Shown piece by piece: positions 10,230 to 20,283 of a DNA stretch of 64,000 nt. The notes under the pieces are model-generated. The model had not been told where the DNA came from, did no database searches, and worked only from the letters and a program-made list of their open reading frames with translations. The position numbers and the translations under genes were made by a program. Numbering within the stretch: position 1 is the first letter of the stretch; every line of letters begins with the position of its first letter. The DNA is from Cenarchaeum sp. (GTDB taxonomy: Archaea; Thermoproteota; Nitrososphaeria; Nitrososphaerales; Nitrosopumilaceae). The DNA lies in contig CBDESU010000001.1 in assembly GCA_965242695.1 (NCBI GenBank), positions 800,001 to 864,000 of the forward strand, written 5' to 3'.

Positions 10230-10931
10230 ATGGGGGAGCGGATCGCATGCAAGATGTGCGGGCGCGGCTTTGAGCAGTACGGCAGCGGCCGCCGCGCCTT
10301 CTGCAGGGAGTGCACGGCCAGGGCCGACAGGGAGATCGCCGCAAGGCCCGCCGTGAAGTGCAGGGAGTGCGGCAGCGAGTTTTCCGCGCCCAGCCGATCG
10401 TTCCGCTACTGCTCCGATGCCTGCCGCACCGAGTTTGTGCGGCGCTACAACCGCGAGTACCAGCGCAGGTACCTGGCCGATCCCGAGAAGCGCGCCGTGG
10501 CACTGGCGCGCACAAGGGCATCGGCCGCGGCCCGCGCGGCCCGCAAGAGGGGCGGGAGGCCGCCGCGGCCGCTGCCGCCGCAGCGGCCGGTGCGCGCGGA
10601 CCCGAGCGCCGAGCCGTCAGTGTGCGGGCTGTGCGGGAGCGGCTTTGCGCCGTACGGACATACCCACCACGCCTACTGCAAGAAATGCACCGCCAGGGCC
10701 GATCGGGAGATCGCCAGGACGCTGCGCGCAGACTGCAAGGCGTGCGGCAGGGCGTTTTCCGCGACCAACCGCAACGTCCGCTACTGCTCAGCGGCCTGCC
10801 GCGCAGACGGCGTGCGGCGCAGCCACCTCGAGAGCAGGCGCAGGATCGAGTCCGATCCCGAAAAGAGCGCCCTGGCGGCGGCGCAGAGGAGGGCATGCAG
10901 CGCCGCCCGCAGGGGCGATGCGGGCAGGTGA
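10230..10931 (+). CDS. Basic tandem zinc-finger protein, family Z
   Basis: Same architecture; promoter at about 10194-10205. Confidence 0.8.
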   Translation: MGERIACKMCGRGFEQYGSGRRAFCRECTARADREIAARPAVKCRECGSEFSAPSRSFRYCSDACRTEFVRRYNREYQRRYLADPEKRAVALARTRASAAARAARKRGGRPPRPLPPQRPVRADPSAEPSVCGLCGSGFAPYGHTHHAYCKKCTARADREIARTLRADCKACGRAFSATNRNVRYCSAACRADGVRRSHLESRRRIESDPEKSALAAAQRRACSAARRGDAGR

Positions 10932-11009
10932 TGCGGCATCGCCCGTTCCCCGCGCGCGTCCCGGGGCCGGCCCGCCGGCCCTGCCGCCCGCAATTCCAAG
11001 AGGGGCGCG

Positions 11010-11726
11010 GCGGCGGCCGGGCGGACCGAGTGCCTGCTGTGCGGCCGCGCCCTTGCGCGGCGGGGCCGCGGCGGCGGCCGCCCGCACTGCAGGGAGTGCG
11101 CGGCCAGGGACGGCAAAAAGGCCTCCCGGACGCCGCGCATTGACTGCAAGGAGTGCGGCAAGGGGTTTGCCGCGGCCAGCCGCCTCGTCCGCTACTGCTC
11201 GGACGAGTGCCGCGCCGCCAGCGTGCGCCGATACAATCGGGAATACCAGCGCAGGTACCTGGCCGACCCGGAGAAGCGCGCCCTGGCCACGGCGCGCAAC
11301 AGGGCATCGGCCGCGGCCCGCGCGGCCCGCAAGAGGGGCGGGAGGCCGCCGCTGCCGCTGCCGCCGCGGCGCGCGGACCCGAACGCCGAGCCGTCCACAT
11401 GCAGGCTGTGCGGGAGCGGCTTTGCGCCGTACGGCCATACCCACCACGCCTACTGCAGGCGGTGCGCGGCCAAGGCCGATCGGGAGATCGCCAGGACGCT
11501 GCGCGCAAGATGCAAGGCGTGCGGCGGCAGGTTTTCCACGTCCAACCGCCTCGTCCGCTACTGCTCGGACGAGTGCCGCGCCGAGGGCCTGCGGCGCAGC
11601 CGCATCAAGAGCGCCCTCAAGCGCATGGCCGGCCCAGGGAAGCGCGCCGTCGAGGCGGCGCAGGCGAGGGAGCGGCGCGCCGCCAGCAGGCCAAAGAGGC
11701 GTGGCGGCGCGGCCCGCGCCGCCTGA
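11010..11726 (+). pseudogene. Family Z copy with intact frame but no ATG or TATA box
   Basis: All four fingers are open; the ATG position reads GCG and the promoter reads GCCGGCCCTGCC. Confidence 0.6.
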
Positions 11727-12083
11727 TCGCATCCCCGGCCCGCGCGTCCGTAGACATTCAGGTCTCCAGCGTCAACTTCGCCCTATCCGCCCTAGGCGAG
11801 CGCGTCGTTTGCCAGAGACCGGAATGTGCACGGAGCATGGCCGGGGGGCAGGCCGGCGCGGCTCGACACGGCGCTGATGCGCTCAGTGCCAGTGCGATCG
11901 ACTCCATGCAGGTGCCAAGCCGGCATGGCTACGGCTGCGACTACAAGCGGCAGGGCAAGGCTTTTCAACGCCCTTCTTCGCCCGCCCACACTTCATACGC
12001 CTGCACCGGCGAAGCGCCGTAGGACAACCGCACAACAGGTCAGAGGCAGGCGCGGATGTCGAGGCGCGCCGGAAAGCTGGAGA

Positions 12084-12656
12084 TCACGGTTCGGCCGTAT
12101 TGGCCGGCAGGGGGCGGGCGTCGGCCCTGATCTTGTCCTGTATATCAATATAGAACACGTCATCCTCGCCATTGCCAGCTGGTATGTACCTGAAGCCAAG
12201 GTTGCGATAGAATCGCATGGTGTCGGGATCGTCGAGGGGGTTGAGCATGACGATACGGCATCCGATCCTCTCCGACAGGCGCATCGCCTCTTCGATCGAC
12301 CACAGCAAAAGCCTGGTGGCCACCCCCTGCCGCTCGTGGTCCTTGTCCGTGGCAAGGTAGCCGACGAGGAGTGCGGGGATGTTGCCGTAGCCCATCCCCT
12401 GCAGGGCAGGGTCGCGGCCGGGGCGCAGGTGCGCCGCCGCGACAGAGATGTAGCCGAGCGTGGCCCCCTCGTCGCCAATATACCGCCATGTTCGGTTCAG
12501 GCCCTCTTCCATGTCACTATAGGAAGTGACCCTGTAGTAGTCGTTGAACTCGGGATTTCGGCAATTAAAGTTTGGGTCGGGATCAGTGCCGGCGCGCACC
12601 AGAGAAATCTCGGGACTCTTTCGCTGCTCGCCTGCGGCGCCTTTCAACCTCTTCAT
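12084..12656 (-). CDS. GNAT acetyltransferase toxin (TacT/AtaT-like)
   Basis: FNCRNPEFNDY, IPALLVGYLATD, RQGVATRLL, IGCRIVML, RFYRNLGF. Confidence 0.8.
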   Translation of the reverse strand: MKRLKGAAGEQRKSPEISLVRAGTDPDPNFNCRNPEFNDYYRVTSYSDMEEGLNRTWRYIGDEGATLGYISVAAAHLRPGRDPALQGMGYGNIPALLVGYLATDKDHERQGVATRLLLWSIEEAMRLSERIGCRIVMLNPLDDPDTMRFYRNLGFRYIPAGNGEDDVFYIDIQDKIRADARPLPANTAEP

Positions 12657-12798
12657 GATCGATCTCCTTCATGTACTTGGCCTGCTCCCTGGCCATCCGG
12701 AGGGTGCGCCTCATCTCGGGCGTAGGGCCCTCCCTCAGCTGCTCTATGACCATTGCCCACTGCCGATCGCTGAGCGGCTTGACCTCCCTCATCATCAA
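12583..12798 (-). CDS. Putative antitoxin (similar to the DUF1778 C-terminal helix)
   Basis: LSDRQWAMVIEQLREGPTPEMRR; directly upstream of and overlapping the GNAT gene; TATATA at about 12820. Confidence 0.6.
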   Translation of the reverse strand: MMMREVKPLSDRQWAMVIEQLREGPTPEMRRTLRMAREQAKYMKEIDHEEVERRRRRAAKESRDFSGARRH

Positions 12799-12915
12799 AA
12801 AGTGGCGGATACCGGTTGGATATATACCCTTCGCGTAGGCGTGAGAAAAGTCGGTGCGTCCCAGGCGGTCGGCCGGCCCGCCAGTCTTATATCGATGAGA
12901 TCGGCACCAGGAGCG

Positions 12916-13614
12916 ATGTCGGGGCCGGCTGCCGTATGCATCCTATGCGGCGCAAGCTTTGCGCCGTACGGCCGCGGCGCCCGCACTTTTTGCAGGCGGT
13001 GCGCGGCAAGGGCCGACAGGGAGGCCGGCAGGGCGCTGCACATGGACTGCAAGGCGTGCGGCAAGAGGTTTTCAGCGCCGCGCCGATCCGCCCGCTACTG
13101 CTCGGACGAGTGCCGCGCCGAGGGCGCGCGCCGCCGCAACCGCGAGCACCAGCGCAAGTACGTGGCCGACCCCGAGAAGCGCGCCATAACGGCGGCGCGA
13201 AACAGGGCCATCGCGGCGGCCCGCAGGGCCCGCGACAGGGGCGGGAGGCCGCCGCAGCGGCAGGCGCCGCCGCGAGCGGACCCTGACGCCGAGCCGTCCG
13301 TATGCAGGCTGTGCGGGCGCACATTTGCGCAGTACGGCCGCAGTAACCGGCACGCCTACTGCAGGCGGTGCACGGCAAGGGCCGACAGGGAGGTGGGCAG
13401 GACGTTGCGCTCAAAGTGCGCGGGGTGCGGCGGCAGGTTTTCCACGACCAGCCTCGCCGTGCGCTACTGCTCGGACGAGTGCCGCGCAGACGGCGCGCTG
13501 CGCAGCCAGCGCAAGAGCGATCTCAGGCTCAAGGCCGATCCCGGGAGGCGCGCCCTCGCGGAGGCGCAGAAAAGGGCGCTGAGGACCGCCCGCATGGGCG
13601 GGGAGGAGCGGTGA
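12916..13614 (+). CDS. Basic tandem zinc-finger protein, family Z
   Basis: Same architecture; GCCAGTCTTATA at about 12880. Confidence 0.8.
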   Translation: MSGPAAVCILCGASFAPYGRGARTFCRRCAARADREAGRALHMDCKACGKRFSAPRRSARYCSDECRAEGARRRNREHQRKYVADPEKRAITAARNRAIAAARRARDRGGRPPQRQAPPRADPDAEPSVCRLCGRTFAQYGRSNRHAYCRRCTARADREVGRTLRSKCAGCGGRFSTTSLAVRYCSDECRADGALRSQRKSDLRLKADPGRRALAEAQKRALRTARMGGEER

Positions 13615-13639
13615 TGCAGCCGCGGCCTCCGCTGCCGCC

Positions 13640-13830
13640 GCCGGGCTGATCGCCGGGGCGCCCGCCGCGCGGTGCGGGGAATGCGGCGGGGAGTCTTCCG
13701 CGCCGGGCCGATCATTCGGCCGCCGCCCCGAGCGCGCCGTGCGGCCTGCGAATCGCCGCGGCCGCGGGCACCGGCGCGGGTGCGCGGCCGGGCCGCTCGG
13801 CGCACATTTCTGGCCGGCGAGCTGCAAGGC
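13640..13830 (+). pseudogene. Degenerate family Z fragment
   Basis: CGECGGESSAPGRSF matches CxECGSEFSAPxRSF. Confidence 0.4.
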
Positions 13831-13938
13831 GCGGGCGGCGGAGGAGGGGAGGGTGGGCGGGGATCTGCGGCAGCCGCGGCGACGGCCTGGCGGGGGAAGA
13901 TCGGCCGGCATAAATAGACGTGGGGCGATCCTGCCTGC

Positions 13939-14739
13939 GTGGAATTCGGCGCGGACGACACGGATACGGCCTATGTGTGGACGGCCGCGGCCGCGGCAAG
14001 GGCGTGGGCCGCGTCGGCGCACCACCTTGCCGCATGGGAGTCGTGGCAGATCGCATGGATGGCCATGGCCGAGTCGTCCGAGGCCGGCCGGAACGCGGCC
14101 GCCGCGGGGGTCGAGGCCGTCGGCAGGGGCGGCCGGATGGACGGGGCGGCGCTCGGGCGCGGCGCATCGGGTCTCGAGGAGGCCGTGCAGGCGCACCTGC
14201 GCGCAGAGGCCGCGTTTGGCAGGTCGGCCGCGCAGGCCAGATCGTCGACTGCGGAGTGGGAGATTGCGGCCGGCGCGCACTCCATGGCCGGCGATGCGGA
14301 GAATGCGGCGATGGTGCGCAGGCATGCCGACAACTCGCGCGCAGTCGCTGATGCGGCGGGCAAGTGGGCGACGCGGGCCGGCCGCGCCGCGGACACCGCC
14401 AAAGGGGCGATGCGCAAGTGGAGGGAGTTTGAGGCCGCGCGGTCGGGTGGCGGGGCATGGGGAGGCGACCGGGCCGCATGGATCGACGCGCAGGCCCGGA
14501 TACGCGACGAAGCCGAGCGCAGCAGGAAAAAGTGGCTGGGCAGGGCCAAGACGGCCAAGGAGTCGGTGCGGACGGCGGCCGAGCACGTGCAGCGGTACGC
14601 GGACATAGTCGAGGAGGCCTCTGCGGCGATCGACCGTTCGGATGCGCCCCTGCCGGCGGCGCGCGATGCCATGGACGCGTGGAAGGCGGCCGTGGAGGCG
14701 GCCCGGCAGGCGGTCGCCGCGTGGCGCGCGCGCGAGTGA
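13939..14739 (+). CDS. Ala/Trp-rich helical protein, family H subtype C
   Basis: CGGCATAAAT box at about 13906; VWTAAAAARAW, GRMD; paralogue at 43570. Confidence 0.72.
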   Translation: MEFGADDTDTAYVWTAAAAARAWAASAHHLAAWESWQIAWMAMAESSEAGRNAAAAGVEAVGRGGRMDGAALGRGASGLEEAVQAHLRAEAAFGRSAAQARSSTAEWEIAAGAHSMAGDAENAAMVRRHADNSRAVADAAGKWATRAGRAADTAKGAMRKWREFEAARSGGGAWGGDRAAWIDAQARIRDEAERSRKKWLGRAKTAKESVRTAAEHVQRYADIVEEASAAIDRSDAPLPAARDAMDAWKAAVEAARQAVAAWRARE

Positions 14740-15069
14740 TCTGCGCGCGGCGGCGGCGGGGACGGCGGCCGTCCATGAGGCGCGCGCCTCGGCGGCGATA
14801 GCTTGACGGCGCGCCGTCGCGCGGCGCCCAACCGCCGCGCATTCTGGCCGACAATCCCTGTCGACCCAGCGTGCCGGCTGCCGTCAATGACGCCGGCCGC
14901 ACCTGCCATTCTCGCCACGCCCGGGCCATCGATCGCCGCCCCCGTCATGGCTGGAAGCCGCGCGTGCGGCGGCAATGCGGCCGTCAAGAGCGCCGGCAAG
15001 CGGCTCGACCCTCAGGCCGCAGCGCCGCCGGGCAGGATTGACTCCTCGTTCAGCGATGCAAAAGGAGGC

Positions 15070-15312
15070 CTGCGCGCCGGCAGGCATCGGCGGCCTACCC
15101 GCCGCCTTTTGTAGGCCAGCCGCCTGCGGCGGCCTCCCTGCGCGGCCCGGCACTCTCCAGGCATACCCTGCGGCCCCTGCCGCCGCCACTGCGGGGGCCG
15201 GAACGGCGGCATACGATGCGCCTTTTTCGGGCCGTGGCGGGCGTGAACGCTCGCATCTCCGGCACCGGCTGCGCCCCGGGCGCACCGGTGCGCGCATCGC
15301 ATGCCGGAGGCT
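15070..15312 (+). repeat. Direct repeat of about 245 bp, copy 1
   Basis: Aligns with about 16940-17183 (gccgccttttgtaggccagccgcctgcggcggcctccctg ... gcgtgaacgctcgcatctccggcaccggctgcgccccgggcgc). Confidence 0.85.
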
Positions 15313-15380
15313 AGAATATGTGCGAAGAGGTTTGCACCCGCATGCCAAACTGTCATGTATCCTAGAAGTCGGGCCGCCCC

Positions 15381-16116
15381 GTGTACTACATGTTTGTGGA
15401 CGAGTCTGGAAACCCTCGAGCCGCCGGAACCGTTGCGCGCGATAGCGGCGTCTACATACAGAGTGGAGTGATCGTGCACGGCGATCGCGTGCACGCCGCC
15501 AGGGCGGCCATAGACAGGGCCAAGTGCGAGCTCTTCAGGGGCAACGATCCCGCGAAAGTGGAGTTGCACGGGTATGAAATATGGAGGAATAGGGGCCGGT
15601 TTGCGTCAGACCTGCGCATTCCTGATCAAGAGAAAAAACTCGAGATATTTGCAAGAACGTCCCAAGCGATTGCAGAGTCTGGCTCCGTTCTGCTCAACGT
15701 TATCGTATGGAAGAACCGCGTTTCCTCGGGGCAACGCAGCCTGCTCGGCCCCCGTGGAGGTTGCTCACGGAGCGCTTCGATCAATACCTGGCCACCTGTG
15801 GCGGCGGCGAGGCCGGCAGCATTATTGCCGACGCCAGTAGCCGCGGCACAGAGACAAAGAAAGGGATGCGGTGCAGAAAACGTGCAATAGCATAGGGCGA
15901 TGCAAGTCTCGTCCTCCGTTGGTCCTGAAGGACATCCGCTTTGTAGACTCGCTCAGCGAGCCACTGGTGCAGGCCGCAGACATGGTAGCGTACATAATCC
16001 ACAAGCACTGCCGCGGAGATGTCTTGTTTGGGAGGTGGTTCAACGCCCTTGCCCCTTGCATGTGGCATCACGGCGGTAGAATCGAGGGGTTTGGAATAAG
16101 CTGCTACCCGCCTTGA
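15381..16116 (+). pseudogene. DUF3800-family (RNase H-like fold) gene with two frameshifts
   Basis: MFVDESG, ELHG, IIAD and VDS..LVQAADMVAY motifs spread over three frames. Confidence 0.75.
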
Positions 16117-16939
16117 AGATACGCGGGGACGACAGTGGCGCCGGATCCCCAAGCCGCCGTCCCACCGGCTTGGGTCTGCCCCGATGCCACCGGGAACGAC
16201 GGTCGTGCGATCTCACTCTTGCGCCGCCCCTGGGTACTGCCCCTTCGCAGATCCCTGCCCGTGCCCCACAGCGGTGCCATATAAACAATTCCTGCCGCGC
16301 TCGCACTTGGGCCACCAAGACGGCGGCTGCCGCCGGCCGAGGCGCGGTGCGCCGCCGTAGTGCAGCGGGGGCGGGCGGGCGGGCGGGCGGGCGGGCGCGG
16401 ATTCCAGTGCCGGCGCGGCCTTCCTGCATGGCGGAGAGGTGGAGGACAGGCTGCGGGCGGGGGCGGACGCGCCGCCTGTCCTAGTCCATGCTAGCGGAGC
16501 ACGACGGGTGGCCCTGCCGCAGCGGGCGCTGCCGGTAGCGGCTCCCACCTGTCTCACCCATGCTCGTGGAGCGGGCGGGCTGGGCGGCGAGAATGGGGCA
16601 GGGTGATGCGGGTCAAGGCGGGCGGGCGGACGCCGCCCGCCGCATCCCGGGGCGGTTTTGCAACTGAGACGGCTGTCAAGGTGCATCCTGCGGACCGCAG
16701 CCAGCGGGCGGCTTGAGGGATCGGGGCGGCGAGCGATCATGGGCCCGCCGCGCCCTGTCACAAGGCATCTGCCGGCAAAAGTCCCTTGCGGCCGCGACAT
16801 TCAATCCTGCCGGCCTGCGGGCCGGCGCGGCTGTCCAGGGCGCCCGCCTTCAAGCGGCCCCGACTCGATCCCGTCCCCTGCAAACGCCTCGCAGTCTGCC
16901 AGGCCGGCTCGGGCGGGAGCATACTCGCCGTGCTGCGCG

Positions 16940-17183
16940 TGCGCCCAGGCCAGCGTCGGAGGCCTGCCGGCCGCCTTTTGTAGGCCAGCCGCCTGCGGCG
17001 GCCTCCCTGTACAGCCAGGCGCTCTCCCGGCACACCCTGCGGCCCCTGCCGCCGCCACTGCGGGGGGACGGCAATGGCGGCATACGATGCGCCTTTTTCG
17101 GGATATGGCGGGCGTGAACGCTCGCATCTCCGGCACCGGCTGCGCCCCGGGCGCCCCGCTGCGCGCATCGCCTGCCGGAGGCC
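16940..17183 (+). repeat. Direct repeat of about 245 bp, copy 2
   Basis: Aligns with 15070-15312. Confidence 0.85.
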
Positions 17184-17250
17184 TGAGTGCGCGCGGCCCG
17201 CGCGCCGCCCGCACCGAACGGCATAAAGGCGGGCGCATGCGCCGCGGCGC

Positions 17251-18060
17251 GTGGAAAAGGGCGGCCGGAACGAGGGCACGGCCGCGGACGTCTGGGCTGC
17301 GGCGGGAATGGAGCATGCAAGGGCCGCCGCGCTGCACCGGTGCGCGGCGCTCGATGCATGCCTCCACTCGTGGGCGGCAAGGGTGGACGGCAGCGGCGCG
17401 CTGGGGGACGCGGCGGACGCGCGCGGCAGGATCGTGGGCGGGGAAGGGAACACGGTCAGCAGGAGCGCGATAGCGGCGACCGGGGCCGCGATGCAGCGGG
17501 ACGTAGACGCGCTGCACAGGGCAGCCGTAGAGTTCGGCCTGGCGGCCAGGCTGTCCGGCATGGCCGCCGACGGGTGGGACATGGCCGAGAAGGCCTTTGC
17601 CCGCGCGGGGAACGGCGAGTGGAGGCGCATCGCGCGCGAGCGGTCGGGCGAGGGCCGAAAGATGGCCGGGACGCTGGGCGCATGGGCGGAAAGGTCGCGC
17701 TCGACGGCCGGCACGCTCGGGCAGTCGGCAGGCGAATGGGTGGCCGGCACGGCCGACTGGCCGGATGGCGCCGTGATGGAAGGCGGCCGCGGCAGGTGGA
17801 CGGACGGGCAGGGCGAGCTGCAGGCCGCCGCCGCTAGGGAGCGGGGGCACGCAGAGGAGATGGTGCGGCAGACGCATGCGGCCGCGCGGGTGGCCGCCGG
17901 CGACCTGGAGCGGATCACACTCGAGGCCGGGCGGCGCACGGCCGCGCTTGGATGGGTTGCCTCGGCCGCCGACCGTGCGGAATCGGCCGAGCTGAGCGAG
18001 GCCGCAGCGGCGCTCGGGGAGGGGATGGAGGCGGGCCGGCAGGCTGAAAAGGGCCGATAG
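17251..18060 (+). CDS. Ala/Trp-rich helical protein, family H subtype B1
   Basis: Paralogue of 2314..3138 with the same promoter. Confidence 0.75.
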   Translation: MEKGGRNEGTAADVWAAAGMEHARAAALHRCAALDACLHSWAARVDGSGALGDAADARGRIVGGEGNTVSRSAIAATGAAMQRDVDALHRAAVEFGLAARLSGMAADGWDMAEKAFARAGNGEWRRIARERSGEGRKMAGTLGAWAERSRSTAGTLGQSAGEWVAGTADWPDGAVMEGGRGRWTDGQGELQAAAARERGHAEEMVRQTHAAARVAAGDLERITLEAGRRTAALGWVASAADRAESAELSEAAAALGEGMEAGRQAEKGR

Positions 18061-18067
18061 GGGGCGC

Positions 18068-18880
18068 ATGGGCGTGGGCTGGGGCGTAGGCGGCCGGACG
18101 GCGGACGAGGACGACGGCGCGGCGGGCGTGTGGTCCGCGGCGGGGATGGAGCAGGCAAGGGCCGCGTCCGCGCGCCAGTGCGCGGCCATCGATGCGTGCC
18201 GGCATGCATGGACGGCGGAGGCCGAGTCGGGGACCGCCTTGCTGGAGGTGGTGCGGGCAAACGACGGGATCGTGGCGGGGCCCGGCGGGGGCGTGCGCCG
18301 CGGGCCGATCGCGGATGCGGCCGCCGCGCTGCGGCGGAGCATAGACGCGATGGAGCGGGCCGCCGTGGAGTTCAGCCAGGCCTCCAAGCTGTCCGACGTG
18401 GCGGCCGACGGGTGGGGCAGGGCAGCGGAGGCGTTCGGCAGGGCGGGGACGATCGATCGGGTACGGGCCGCGCGCGACCGCGCGGACGAGGCGCGCAAGA
18501 TGGCGCGCGGGATGGAGGGGCATGCGGCGCGGTCCCGCGCGTCGGCCGCCTCGTTCGAGGAGGCGGCGAACGGATGGGTGGCAAGGTCGGCAGAGTGGGA
18601 GGACGGCGACACGGTGGTCCGCGGCAGCGACGGGTGGCCGGAAAGGCGCGACAGGGCGCAGGGCGTGGCGGAGGGGAGGCGGGCAAGGGCCGAGGACATG
18701 GAGCAGCGCACGCTGGCGGCGGCGCGGCTGGCCGAGGCAGAGTCGGCGCACCTGGCGGCCGGCACCAAGAGCCTCACGGCGGGGGCCGTGGCACTGCTGG
18801 AGAATCTGCAAGCGCCCGAGGCGGCCGCTGCGCTGAGGGACGGAATGGAGGCGGCCGCTAGGGCCGTGCGGGACAGGTAG
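18068..18880 (+). CDS. Ala/Trp-rich helical protein, family H subtype B2
   Basis: Paralogue of 3155..3964 in the same gene order. Confidence 0.75.
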   Translation: MGVGWGVGGRTADEDDGAAGVWSAAGMEQARAASARQCAAIDACRHAWTAEAESGTALLEVVRANDGIVAGPGGGVRRGPIADAAAALRRSIDAMERAAVEFSQASKLSDVAADGWGRAAEAFGRAGTIDRVRAARDRADEARKMARGMEGHAARSRASAASFEEAANGWVARSAEWEDGDTVVRGSDGWPERRDRAQGVAEGRRARAEDMEQRTLAAARLAEAESAHLAAGTKSLTAGAVALLENLQAPEAAAALRDGMEAAARAVRDR

Positions 18881-19225
18881 CAGGGCTGCGGCATGCCGGC
18901 CTTGGGACGGCAGCCGTACATCCGTCGCGCGCGCCTGCCAATGCCGCCGCGCCGCCCTGGTGGACACGGACGACCTTGGAAGGGCGATGCCGCCGGCGGT
19001 TGCCGCCAGCCTCTCCGCCGCCTGCATTGGCGCAGCGCGTGCCGTTTCCATGCGCCGGGCTCGGGCGCGGATGCCGGGGCGCCTGGACGGCGGTCCGCCA
19101 AGAAGTTGCACGTATGGTGCGGGCGTGCGGGCGCGGCCGCGGGCCGCCATGCCCCTCATATGCCGCCGTGCCGCATCTGGCATGCTTGTTACTGACCCCT
19201 AGGCGGTTCGCGCGGTGACTGGGGC

Positions 19226-19477
19226 ATGGGCAAGCGCATTGCAGCCGCCACTGCCGCGGGCGTCGTAGTCGGAACGCTTCTCATCCCACATGTCGCCGAT
19301 TTTGTCGAGCCCATGCCGGCGGTTGCCGATTGCGGCCTCGTAGACGATGCCAAATAGCGTGATACTTGCATCCGCGATAGAACGGTTATGCGCACGCTCA
19401 TCATTGTTATGGTTCCGACATTGACGGCCGGGATCTTTGCATCCTACTTTGTCGCACATGCAAAACGATCGCCGTGA
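19226..19477 (+). pseudogene. Paralogue of the 4733 membrane protein with an internal TAG
   Basis: MGKRIAAA...ADCGLVDDAK*RDTC...LIIVMVPTLTAGIFAS; TAG at 19355 aligns with Trp in the paralogue. Confidence 0.65.
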
Positions 19478-20283
19478 ATGACGCAGGGAGACCGACAGAG
19501 CCATTCGCACTGCCGTCGGGCTGCATGGCGCGTGCGCGATTGCACGGTGCAGGTGCAGCTGCGCTGCGCCCATCGGACGCATGGCAGTTGGCAGTTCGTG
19601 CCTTGGATGCGGTAGCAGGGGGCAGCATGCCAAGTGCTGGGCGGGCGGCACGGAGCGGGGCCATGAGCCGCCCGCCCTGCTCCCCGCATGATCGCGGCAG
19701 ACTGCAGGGGGGTGGCGGGCATGGCGGCACCGCCCGTCCCCTGCTGCTCGGCGCTGCCATGCCGTCCGTCGTCGATGCGATCGCCTGCACGATCGCCGAC
19801 CGGCGGAACGGTGGGAGCGCGGGAGCCGCCCGGCGGCCCGCAGCGGCTCGACATCGCACCAGAGGCGGCCGTACCCATACGTGCGGTGCAGAGGCCAAGG
19901 CGCATCGCACACGTGGACGGGGGCAGCGCGACCCTGTTCGGCGGCCACGGATGGCCGGCAGCATTAAGCCGCATGTGCCGCGCCGTGCGCTAGGGGGGGG
20001 GGGGGTGAGCGGGCGCCTCGCCCAAGGTGCATCCGCGCGTCGTCTTTATGCCGCTTCTTGCGGCCGAGCCGGGCGATGCGGGCGGCGGCGACAGGGAGTC
20101 GGCAGAGGCGGGAGCGGAGGCGGCGGCAGAATGCGGCACCCGGCACGCAGGTGCGTCCTGCAAGCCTTTCCCGCTGGCACGGCAGGGCGCCCGAGGCCGC
20201 CAGGCGAGTCGCATTCCACTCCGAATGACGTCCTTAACCTACCTTCCCGGCACTTAAATAGGGCATTTCGGCGCCCCCGCCCG

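Noticed and set aside
8065-13614. Z genes as HNH homing endonucleases or targets of a diversity-generating retroelement
   Set aside because: No HNH motif, no reverse transcriptase in the window, and differences are not adenine-specific
19474-20283. N-terminal extension of the 869-aa ORF
   Set aside because: Low-complexity read-through; the TATA box at 20254 points to a start at 20284
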